Source: Ferruginibacter sp.
GTDB lineage: Bacteria > Bacteroidota > Bacteroidia > Chitinophagales > Chitinophagaceae
Reading direction: 5' to 3'
Length of the DNA: 64,000 nucleotides
Assembly (NCBI GenBank): GCA_025362235.1
Contig: JANYGZ010000095.1
Coordinates: forward strand, 733 to 64,732
Below the pieces are notes generated by a model. It saw only the letters and a program-made list of their open reading frames with translations, had not been told where the DNA came from and searched no databases. The translations under genes were made by a program, and so were the position numbers. Positions 19,626-28,140 of the stretch are shown in pieces (the first letter of the stretch is position 1; the number at the start of each line of letters is the position of its first letter).

Positions 19626-20825
19626 GTGCAAATGTTAAACAATACTTTCAAAAAAATTGCCAGAAACAAACCCTGCACTTGTATGACCTTTTCTTTAACA
19701 AGGATAAACGCAGTGCTATTGATCGTTCTGTTTTTTTTACCATTTAATGGTATTACCCAGGTAGTCATTCAGGGAAAAGTAGTCAGCGAATCTACAGATT
19801 TACCGTTAGAAGGAGCGAGTGTTTATTTTAACAATACATCTATTGGTACTAGTACCAATGCAGAAGGCCGGTTTTCTATTTCCTTGCCGGATATAGAAAA
19901 TACAGAACTGATTATTTCAAGCCTCGGATATCAGTGGTTGGTGTATAAACCAGAAGCAACCACAATTCAAAATAAAACCCTTGTGTTTAAACTGGCCCAA
20001 AAAGAAGAGCAGTTAAAAGAGGTATTAATTTTGACTGATGCGGTAAGGAAAAAATACCTGGCCATTTTTGAAAGAGAATTTTTGGGCATTACTGAAGAAG
20101 CATCCCGAAGTACTATTAGAAATAAAAAAGATATTTATTTTACCAAAGGCGAGGGGAAAAATGTTTTTAATGCATACAGCGATACAGCTTTGGTGATTGT
20201 TAATAAAATGCTTGGGTACACAATTAGTTTTGAACTGGTTGAATTTTTTTATGATGAACAAAGCGGCCGAACTTCCTATTATGGGTATACCCGTTTTGAA
20301 GAAATGGGTGATAAAAACAGGTGGATTAAAAATCGTAAACAGACTTATTATGGCAGTACGGTGCATTTTTATAAGTCTCTTATTGATAACAATCTTAAAA
20401 AAGAAGGGTATCAAATTTATATGATAAAACCAATGCATTTATCAACGGATAACAGCAATAAGGGTAATAAAAATATGATTACACAATCCAAAACGCAGCA
20501 GGAAATGGATGTAGCAGTCGAAGTAAATGCCAATCAGGTTATTATAAAAGACAGCACAGATAGTAATAAATTTATAGTAAATGTTCCTGGTAAACTGATG
20601 GTGCAATATGAAAAAGACCCTTCCTCTAAAAATTATTTAAGTAAAATTACTTTTATACAGGGCAGCCTGCCGGTAGGTTTTCGTTCTTATGTCACTTCTA
20701 CTTCGTCCCTTATTAGTCTTAACAATGCAGGTATTGTCAACAACCCAATGGATCTGCAATACGCCGGGTATTGGATATACGAAAAGGCAGCAAATATGTT
20801 ACCCCTTAATTATACGCCCGATTAG
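19626..20825 (+). CDS. Carboxypeptidase-regulatory-like domain protein, paralog 2 (GTG start uncertain)
   Basis: GKVVSESTDLPLEGASVYFNNTSIGTSTNAEGRF...SSLGY. Confidence 0.75.
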   Translation: MQMLNNTFKKIARNKPCTCMTFSLTRINAVLLIVLFFLPFNGITQVVIQGKVVSESTDLPLEGASVYFNNTSIGTSTNAEGRFSISLPDIENTELIISSLGYQWLVYKPEATTIQNKTLVFKLAQKEEQLKEVLILTDAVRKKYLAIFEREFLGITEEASRSTIRNKKDIYFTKGEGKNVFNAYSDTALVIVNKMLGYTISFELVEFFYDEQSGRTSYYGYTRFEEMGDKNRWIKNRKQTYYGSTVHFYKSLIDNNLKKEGYQIYMIKPMHLSTDNSNKGNKNMITQSKTQQEMDVAVEVNANQVIIKDSTDSNKFIVNVPGKLMVQYEKDPSSKNYLSKITFIQGSLPVGFRSYVTSTSSLISLNNAGIVNNPMDLQYAGYWIYEKAANMLPLNYTPD

Positions 20826-20826
20826 T

Positions 20827-21336
20827 TTATTTTGTAAATAAAGCTTTTAATTCACCTGCATCTTCAGCCTTCATTTTTCCACCCAATACCAGCCTTAATT
20901 GTCTGCGTCTTAAAGCTCCATCAAACAATGTTGTTTCTTCTGGTGTTTCAGCAATCAATTGAGCTACTGGTTGTGGATTCCTGTCAGGGTCAAGGGCAAC
21001 AAAAGTAAAATAAGCTTCATTACTTTTATATTTAGACTGATGTATGGCATCTTCTCCCCATACTTTTAAATGTACTTCCATACTGGTTTTAAACGCCCTT
21101 GTTACTTTGGCTTCAATATGTACTACATTGCCTAACTTGATAGGATTTTCAAAAGAGATATTATCAACAGAAGCGGTTACTACAGGGGCACCGCAATGTT
21201 TCATTGCAGACAGGGCAGAAGCGATATCCATCCAGTACATTAATCGTCCACCCATCAGGTTACCAAAGGTATTTGTATCGTTGGGCAGCACCAGTTCTGT
21301 CATTATTACCAGTGATTCAATTGCTTTTTTATCCAT
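20827..21336 (-). CDS. Acyl-CoA thioesterase (hotdog fold)
   Basis: PNDTNTFGNLMGGRLMYWMD; start reset to MDKK after TATCTTTG at 21351-21358. Confidence 0.9.
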   Translation of the reverse strand: MDKKAIESLVIMTELVLPNDTNTFGNLMGGRLMYWMDIASALSAMKHCGAPVVTASVDNISFENPIKLGNVVHIEAKVTRAFKTSMEVHLKVWGEDAIHQSKYKSNEAYFTFVALDPDRNPQPVAQLIAETPEETTLFDGALRRRQLRLVLGGKMKAEDAGELKALFTK

Positions 21337-21494
21337 GTATACATTTTGCGCAAAGATAAGGCTGAAAGATTGATGTAGGATGTAGGGATGCAAAGGTGAG
21401 ATGTGTCGGTTCCTGAATTTTTAAGATGTTTAAAATATAGTGTAAAATACCCAATCCGTGGATTGCTTTATATTTACTAATATTTTTAATTTTT

Positions 21495-22730
21495 ATGAGT
21501 AGTAACCAGGAAATTTCATTCGATAATTCAGAATATTCTTTTGCTTATAAAAAGGACAAGCAATTAAAAAACGCTCATTTTCTTTTTAGTGCAATGGGTA
21601 AACCCTGGTTGGTAAACCTTGGTTTAAAACTTACACCATTGGCCATTAAATGGCGTTTACCATTTACCATTCCTGTTATACGCAATACAATTTTTCAACA
21701 GTTTGTAGGTGGAGAAACTCTGGAAGAAACTTCTGCTGTTGCAAAAAAATTAGGCGAGTATACTGTTCAGGTAATTTTAGATTATGGTGTAGAAGGTGGC
21801 GATGATGGAGAACAGGGCTTTGATCATTCTACAGATGAATTTATCAGGGTAATTGATTATGCTGCAACACAGCCTAATATTCCTTTCATGAGTATTAAAG
21901 TAACTGGTTTTTCACGCTTTGCCTTGCTGGAAAAAATTGATGGGTTGATGAACGCCGCAGAAGGAACTTTAATGAAACGTTATTTAACCACAATAGAAAA
22001 ATTACCCGATAATGAAAAAGAAGAATGGCACCGTGTAAGGGTAAGGCTTTTGCGTATTTGCGAAGTGGCTGCTGCAAAAAAAATTGGTGTACTGGTTGAT
22101 GCAGAAGAAACCTGGATACAAGACCCGGTAGATGCATTAACCATTTTGATGATGGATAGTTTTAATAAACAGCGGGTAGTGGTGTACAATACTATTCAGC
22201 TATACCGGCACGACCGGTTTCAATTTTTAAAAGATTCTTACGAAGCAGCTGCTGAAAGAAATTTTGTACTCGGCGCCAAATTGGTACGTGGTGCATACAT
22301 GGAAAAGGAAAGATTGCGTGCCTCAGAAAAAAATTATGCATCACCCATACAACCCAATAAAGAAAGTAGTGATAAGGATTATAATGCGGCTGTAAAATTT
22401 TCTATAGAACATCTTGACGTGATTGCAGTAATTATTGCATCGCATAATGAACAAAGTAATTTAACCGCAACCGAATTATTACAACAAAAAAATATTCCGC
22501 TTAATCACACACATGTACATTTTTCCCAGCTATATGGCATGAGTGATAATATTACTTTTAATTTAGCCAAAGCTGGTTGTTCTGTAAGCAAATACCTGCC
22601 TTTTGGGCCTATTAAAGATGTAATCCCTTACCTGATGAGAAGGGCACAGGAAAATTCTTCTGTTGGTGGGCAAACGGGCAGGGAGCTGGGTTTAATCAGG
22701 AAAGAACTGACCAGGCGAAAAACGGAATAG
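21495..22730 (+). CDS. Proline dehydrogenase (monofunctional)
   Basis: LVDAEETWIQD, KLVRGAYME, ASHNE, QLYGMSD, PYLMRRAQEN. Confidence 0.93.
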   Translation: MSSNQEISFDNSEYSFAYKKDKQLKNAHFLFSAMGKPWLVNLGLKLTPLAIKWRLPFTIPVIRNTIFQQFVGGETLEETSAVAKKLGEYTVQVILDYGVEGGDDGEQGFDHSTDEFIRVIDYAATQPNIPFMSIKVTGFSRFALLEKIDGLMNAAEGTLMKRYLTTIEKLPDNEKEEWHRVRVRLLRICEVAAAKKIGVLVDAEETWIQDPVDALTILMMDSFNKQRVVVYNTIQLYRHDRFQFLKDSYEAAAERNFVLGAKLVRGAYMEKERLRASEKNYASPIQPNKESSDKDYNAAVKFSIEHLDVIAVIIASHNEQSNLTATELLQQKNIPLNHTHVHFSQLYGMSDNITFNLAKAGCSVSKYLPFGPIKDVIPYLMRRAQENSSVGGQTGRELGLIRKELTRRKTE

Positions 22731-22750
22731 AAGTAGCATTAATCTACAAT

Positions 22751-22969
22751 TTATAACAATGTAAATACAAACATTTCACTTTCAGCAGAGGATTTTGGAA
22801 TCGAAAGATGGCTTTCTTTCAATCCTTCGATGTGAAACTGAAGGGCATCAAATATATTTTTTTCAACAATTGATTTTGTCTTACCTGTTGCAATAACGCC
22901 TGGTAAATCCGGGGCATAAGCTGAGTAACCAGTTTTTGTTTTTTCGTATACAACTAAGTACTTTCTCAT
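22751..22969 (-). CDS. hicB: HicB-family antitoxin (short)
   Basis: YSAYAPDLPGVIATGKT; overlaps hicA stop. Confidence 0.85.
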   Translation of the reverse strand: MRKYLVVYEKTKTGYSAYAPDLPGVIATGKTKSIVEKNIFDALQFHIEGLKESHLSIPKSSAESEMFVFTLL

Positions 22970-23160
22970 TTTTTATTTATTTGAGCCTGCTTAAAAATAC
23001 TGCTTAAAGTGCCAGGTGCAATTTCATCACTTTGTTTATGTGCCGCAATAGTAACCAATCCTTTTTTGGTGGGATGCTTATATTGTTTATGACTGCCCTT
23101 CTGTCTTACCAAATACCATCCGTCTTTTTCAATCAATTGAATTATTTCCCGGACTTTCAT
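22966..23160 (-). CDS. hicA: HicA-family mRNA interferase toxin
   Basis: GWYLVRQKGSHKQYKHP...IAPGTLSSIFKQA. Confidence 0.9.
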   Translation of the reverse strand: MKVREIIQLIEKDGWYLVRQKGSHKQYKHPTKKGLVTIAAHKQSDEIAPGTLSSIFKQAQINKK

Positions 23161-23245
23161 TAACAAATTTATAATTTTTCTTCGAATTATTAACAGCTTA
23201 CTTCTTATAGGTAGTATATGATGTCCCCGTTTACCTGAACGGTCA

Positions 23246-24160
23246 CTAAAAATATATGTCCAATGCAGCTCTGAAAGTATTGCAATGTGCCGCTGTAATA
23301 ATTTTTACGTCAGCACTATAACCACCACCCATTGAAACAGTACAGGGAATATCTTGCTGCAGCAGTGTTTTAAAAACAAATTCGTCTCTTTGCCGGCATC
23401 CTTCCAGTGATACTTTTAATTTTCCATACCGGTCTGTATCTAATATATCAACACCGGATAAAAAGAAAGCGAAATTGGGTCTTATTTCATTGATCAGTTT
23501 GGGCAATGCAGTTTTTAATAAATTCAAATAAGTACTATCATCAGTACCATCTTTTAATGGAATATCAAGGTCGCTTTTTTCTTTGTGAAAAGGATAATTG
23601 TGTTCACCATGCATACTAAAAGTAAATACCCTTTTTTCATTTTCAAATAATTTGGCAGAGCCATTACCCTGGTGTACGTCAAGATCAATTATTAAAATTT
23701 GTTGGACAATATTTTTTTTCAATAAATAATTAGCCGCAACAGCCATATCATTAAGCAGGCAAAACCCTTCGCCGTGGTTGGCAAATGCATGATGTGTGCC
23801 ACCCGCAACATTCATTGCTACGCCGTTTAGCAGTGCATAGTGGCAACAATCAATGGTGCCTTGTGCAATGATGAGTTCTCTTTTTGTAAGTGCCGGAGAT
23901 TGTGGGAAACCAATATGGCGTTGCTCTTTGGCCGATAGTGTTTGGTGATGTAATTTGTAGAGGTATTCTTTATTATGCGTCCATAAAATAATTCCATCAG
24001 GGCATGCAGTCGGAGAAAAAATATTTTCTTTTGTAATACTGCCTTCGTGCAATAGCTGTGCAGGTATTAATTCGTATTTCAACATCGGAAACCTGTGCCC
24101 TTCCGGTAATGGATGCGCATAGATGGGATCGTAGGCGATTTTTAAAATTTTATTTTGCAT
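23246..24160 (-). CDS. Histone deacetylase-family (Zn-dependent deacylase) protein
   Basis: GHRFPMLKY, GGTHHA, IDLDVHQGNG, GVDILDTD, MGGGY; ATG overlaps pdeM stop (TGATG). Confidence 0.9.
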   Translation of the reverse strand: MQNKILKIAYDPIYAHPLPEGHRFPMLKYELIPAQLLHEGSITKENIFSPTACPDGIILWTHNKEYLYKLHHQTLSAKEQRHIGFPQSPALTKRELIIAQGTIDCCHYALLNGVAMNVAGGTHHAFANHGEGFCLLNDMAVAANYLLKKNIVQQILIIDLDVHQGNGSAKLFENEKRVFTFSMHGEHNYPFHKEKSDLDIPLKDGTDDSTYLNLLKTALPKLINEIRPNFAFFLSGVDILDTDRYGKLKVSLEGCRQRDEFVFKTLLQQDIPCTVSMGGGYSADVKIITAAHCNTFRAALDIYF

Positions 24161-24813
24161 CACAGGGCTACAATTGTTTGCTTTACCAATGCATAAACAC
24201 TATCACCTCTTTTTGGTTCAATACCATGGGTACCGGTAAATTTGCTGAATGCCGGAAGTACCGCATGCTGTTTGCTAAAATGAAAACAGGGAAACCGTAA
24301 AGCTTGTTTTGCCAAACCTTTTACAGTAATAGATGGGTGAATATGCCCACTAAAAACATAGCAATCATTTGTAATGGTGCAATCATTTATGTCGTGCACA
24401 AAAATAAAATTATCTATTGCCAATTCGCATTTGTGAATGGTAATTTCTGCAAGCGAATACCATCTTTCCTGTAAAATATCGTGGTTGCCTTTTACAAGGT
24501 GAATGGGTAAGGAAGCAAAATCTTTTCGCCATTTTAAAAAGAAATCATGTTCTTTATTGCTTTCGCTGTGAAACATGTCGCCTATAATAATTAACTGATC
24601 CGGTTTAAAAGTTTGAAGCTGGGTAACGAAGCATTGCATGTCTTCTTTAAAAACCGCCTGCGGTATGGCAATGCCCGATTTTCTAAAATGCCCGGTCTTT
24701 CCCAAATGAAGGTCTGAAACAATCAATATTTTTTTTTCTTCCCAAAAAATACATCGCTCTGCAGATAATAAAAAAGTATTGTTTAATATTTTGTGAGGAA
24801 TTAATGCCGTCAT
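24160..24813 (-). CDS. pdeM: Ligase-associated DNA damage response metallophosphoesterase PdeM
   Basis: SDLHLGK, IGDMFH, GNHD, SGHIHP, LPAFSKFTG; -7 motif TACATTTG at 24819-24826. Confidence 0.88.
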   Translation of the reverse strand: MTALIPHKILNNTFLLSAERCIFWEEKKILIVSDLHLGKTGHFRKSGIAIPQAVFKEDMQCFVTQLQTFKPDQLIIIGDMFHSESNKEHDFFLKWRKDFASLPIHLVKGNHDILQERWYSLAEITIHKCELAIDNFIFVHDINDCTITNDCYVFSGHIHPSITVKGLAKQALRFPCFHFSKQHAVLPAFSKFTGTHGIEPKRGDSVYALVKQTIVAL

Positions 24814-24908
24814 AGCTGCAAATGTAAATTGGATATATATTATAAACAATTGGAAAATTGGTTTTGAAATAAAAAAATAAGTAGCTACTTTACAAAAAAA
24901 TTTAAATT

Positions 24909-25418
24909 ATGACTGACACCAACTCAACATCAAATGTTTTAGATTTTGCAGAAGGCGAAAAACCTACCCTGCCTTCAGGGTTAAATGTATTGACTATTTT
25001 AACCTTTATTGGCTGTGCCATAGGCTTTATAAGTTCTATCTGGGGTTATATCAATGCAGAAAAGGGCTATAAAGATTTACTGGCAGCACAGGATAAAATG
25101 GCAGATGCCCCGGCATGGGCAAAAGGGATGATGGGTCCCGAAATGCTTGAAGTAAGCAGGAAATCAATGGAAAATAAATTACCTATTTTGCTTTTGGGCC
25201 TTGTAGCTATAGCACTTTGCTTATATGGCGCCCTTGAAATGCGTAAATTGAAAAAGCAGGGATTCATACTTTGGTTAGTGGGTGAAGTTTTACCCATCAT
25301 TGCAGGATTGATTTTTATTGGTGCAGGTATGTTTAGCGGTTTTGGCTTAATAGCCATGCTGTTTCCGGTAATATTTATAATACTATATGTTGTAAAAAGA
25401 AAGTACCTGGTTTATTGA
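24909..25418 (+). CDS. Hypothetical membrane protein (4 TM)
   Basis: 169-aa hydrophobic ORF between pdeM and the helicase on the opposite strand. Confidence 0.75.
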   Translation: MTDTNSTSNVLDFAEGEKPTLPSGLNVLTILTFIGCAIGFISSIWGYINAEKGYKDLLAAQDKMADAPAWAKGMMGPEMLEVSRKSMENKLPILLLGLVAIALCLYGALEMRKLKKQGFILWLVGEVLPIIAGLIFIGAGMFSGFGLIAMLFPVIFIILYVVKRKYLVY

Positions 25419-25450
25419 TTTTTTAAATTAATGCTAAAATAGTATTTCTT

Positions 25451-25511
25451 AAAAAAATGCAGTTCCGTTTTGTAATAAAAATTATTACTCAAGCTGGGAC
25501 TGCATTTTTTT
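25451..25511. terminator. Bidirectional hairpin overlapping helicase stop
   Basis: AAAAAAATGCAGTTCC / GGGACTGCATTTTTTT arms (15/16) plus inner GTAATAA/TTATTAC stem between convergent genes. Confidence 0.6.
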
Positions 25512-28001
25512 TATTCTGTCTTCCAGTTTTTCAGAAGACAGGTTTTCTCTGAGGCTATCTACTTTTAAAGGAAAGCAAAATGGGGTTAACTGCCCAGGGT
25601 ATTTTATAACGATGTTGCCGTTTTGTATGCGTTGCAGCATATTGCGTAAACGCACTTCTTCCATCTGCTGATCCAATACTTCCTGGTAAGCCTGCCTTAA
25701 TAAAATATTGCCGCTGTCGTATTCGTTGAATACATTGAATAGCAGGCTGGCGCTGTTTTGCAGATGTTTTGTTTTAACATATTCTCCCGGCGCTCCCTGA
25801 AAAATTAACCCTCCTATTACTGCTATATCCCTGAATTTTCGCTTGGCCATTTCCACACTGTTTACTGATCTTTGAATATCTGCAAGGAGGTTTTCTGCAC
25901 TGAACAATTCATACACATTACTATCATCAACGGGTATTGGCTGATCGCTCAATAACTCAAATCCATAATCATTCATGGCAAAAGAAAAAGTGATAGGTGT
26001 GATGAGGCTTATACGATGAGCCAGTATTGCTGCCATGGCTTCATGTACAAGCCTGCCTTCAAACGGATAAACAAATAAATGAAACCCATCCTTGGTTTCA
26101 ATATGTTCAATCAATAATTCATTCTCTTTTGGGATGTGCGATAATGATTCCTGTAAATCAAACAGTGGTTTTAATACTGATAACTCAGGTTGCTCCAGTT
26201 TTTCTTTTTTGGTGAGTACACGGCTGTTCATTTCAAAAGCTTTATCAAATGTTTTACGAAGCATTATCCCAAGGTTGGCACTCAAAGGCATACGGCCACC
26301 CATCCAACTGGGTACTATTGATTTTTTAGAATTGGATTTTTTTACCAATGCAGTCATATCTTTTATCATCACATATTCAAGGTTTCTTCCTGCCAATGTA
26401 AATACATCGCCGGGTTGTAACCTTGATATGAACCATTCTTCAATAACCCCAATATAACCACCACTCAAAAACTTTACTTTCAGCATGGCATCACTAACGA
26501 TGGTGCCTATATGCATACGGTGGCGCATGGCAATGCTGCGGTTGGTAATATGATACCGCCCATTGATAACTTCTATTTTTTTATATTCATCATATTGTTG
26601 TAAGGCTGCGCCACCCTGTGTTAGAAAGAATAATAATTGCTGCCATTCCTCCTCAGTTATAGCACTAAAACACCAGGTGTTTTTTATTTCGGTAAAAATT
26701 TCTGAAGGAACAAAACCATCTGATACGGCTATGGTACACAGGTATTGTATCAATACATCAAAGCACAATAACATTGGTTCCCTGCTTTCGATAAATGTTT
26801 GGCTGATAGCATCTTTCAATGCTGCTGCTTCTACCAGTTCTAAAGAATGTGTCGGTAAAAAATATATCTTGCTGGTAGCATCCGGCTGATGGCCGCTTCT
26901 ACCCGCCCTTTGTAAAAATCTTGCTACACCTTTTGGCGAACCAACCTGTATAACAGTATCGACTGGACGAAAATCTACACCAAGGTCGAGGCTTGCAGTG
27001 CATACCACCGCTTTTAGTTTACCTGTATGTAAATTATCTTCTACCCACAACCTTAAATCCTGTTCAACACTGCCGTGGTGTAAGGCGATGGCACCCGATA
27101 GTTCCGGGGCTACATTTAATATTGCCTGGTACCATCTTTCCGTCATGCCACGGGTATTGATAAAAATGAGGGTGGTTTTATTATTGTTGATGATGGGAAT
27201 TACTTTTTCTACCAACTTTAGCCCGAGGTGCCCGGCCCACGGATATTTTTCTATTTCATCGGGGATGATAGATTCAATTTTAATATTTTTATTGATGACG
27301 GCTTTTATTATTTTGCCTTTAGGTTTATTGTTGTTTATAGAAGCCAGCAATACATCTTTTGCCTGTTCCAGATTGCCGATAGTGGCTGATATACCCCAAA
27401 TGCTGATTGGTTGATTTATGTTATTTTGATTGGTAATTTTATTTGCACCTATTATTCTTGAAATGGCGAGCTCTACCTGTACACCTCTTTTGCTGCCCAA
27501 CAATTCGTGCCATTCATCTACAGCCAGAATTTTTAAAGATGCAAAAACTTCCGGGTAATTTTTTTGTGCCAATAATAAGTGTAAACTCTCCGGAGTAATA
27601 ATAAGCACTTCAGGCATTTGCCTTTTTTGTTTCTGGCGGTCACTTATTGTAGTATCACCATTACGAATGCCCACTCTCCAGTTCATGCCTAATTCCATAA
27701 TTACTTCTTCCATTGCCCGGCCGATATCTTTTGCAAGCGCACGTAGGGGCGTAATCCAGATAAGCTGTAAACCACTTTTTGTTTTGGTTTTATAATCGTC
27801 AGGATGTTGATTTATAAAATTGATAACGCCGCCTAAAAAAACCGAGAATGTTTTACCACAACCCGTGGGTGCATTTACCAAACCACTTTTGTAATCAATT
27901 ATTTCCTGCCATGTTTGTTCTTGAAATAAAAATGGATGATGGCCTTTTGCAGCAAGCCAATTGTTGATGATGGAATAACCTTTTGTGGATTGTAGTTTCA
28001 A
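25485..28001 (-). CDS. Ligase-associated DEXH-box helicase (Lhr-core), TTG start
   Basis: APTGCGKT, TPLRALAKDI, ITPESL, DEWHELL, LQRAGRSGH. Confidence 0.93.
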   Translation of the reverse strand: MKLQSTKGYSIINNWLAAKGHHPFLFQEQTWQEIIDYKSGLVNAPTGCGKTFSVFLGGVINFINQHPDDYKTKTKSGLQLIWITPLRALAKDIGRAMEEVIMELGMNWRVGIRNGDTTISDRQKQKRQMPEVLIITPESLHLLLAQKNYPEVFASLKILAVDEWHELLGSKRGVQVELAISRIIGANKITNQNNINQPISIWGISATIGNLEQAKDVLLASINNNKPKGKIIKAVINKNIKIESIIPDEIEKYPWAGHLGLKLVEKVIPIINNNKTTLIFINTRGMTERWYQAILNVAPELSGAIALHHGSVEQDLRLWVEDNLHTGKLKAVVCTASLDLGVDFRPVDTVIQVGSPKGVARFLQRAGRSGHQPDATSKIYFLPTHSLELVEAAALKDAISQTFIESREPMLLCFDVLIQYLCTIAVSDGFVPSEIFTEIKNTWCFSAITEEEWQQLLFFLTQGGAALQQYDEYKKIEVINGRYHITNRSIAMRHRMHIGTIVSDAMLKVKFLSGGYIGVIEEWFISRLQPGDVFTLAGRNLEYVMIKDMTALVKKSNSKKSIVPSWMGGRMPLSANLGIMLRKTFDKAFEMNSRVLTKKEKLEQPELSVLKPLFDLQESLSHIPKENELLIEHIETKDGFHLFVYPFEGRLVHEAMAAILAHRISLITPITFSFAMNDYGFELLSDQPIPVDDSNVYELFSAENLLADIQRSVNSVEMAKRKFRDIAVIGGLIFQGAPGEYVKTKHLQNSASLLFNVFNEYDSGNILLRQAYQEVLDQQMEEVRLRNMLQRIQNGNIVIKYPGQLTPFCFPLKVDSLRENLSSEKLEDRIKKMQSQLE

Positions 28002-28137
28002 TAGTCTGAACTATGATTTATGTGATTTATGTGATTATTGTGATTGGTATGATTTACTTTATTGATTTGATTTTTGTCTGCCCATCTAAATTATTCATAG
28101 TAATCTTATCAATCACATAAATCATAGTTCAGACTAT
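28001..28137. mobile_element. 137-bp non-autonomous MITE/REP-like element with perfect 27-bp terminal inverted repeats
   Basis: ATAGTCTGAACTATGATTTATGTGATT (28001-28027) is the exact reverse complement of 28111-28137; internal 9-nt periodic TGATT repeats; mobility not shown. Confidence 0.65.
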
Positions 28138-28140
28138 ATT

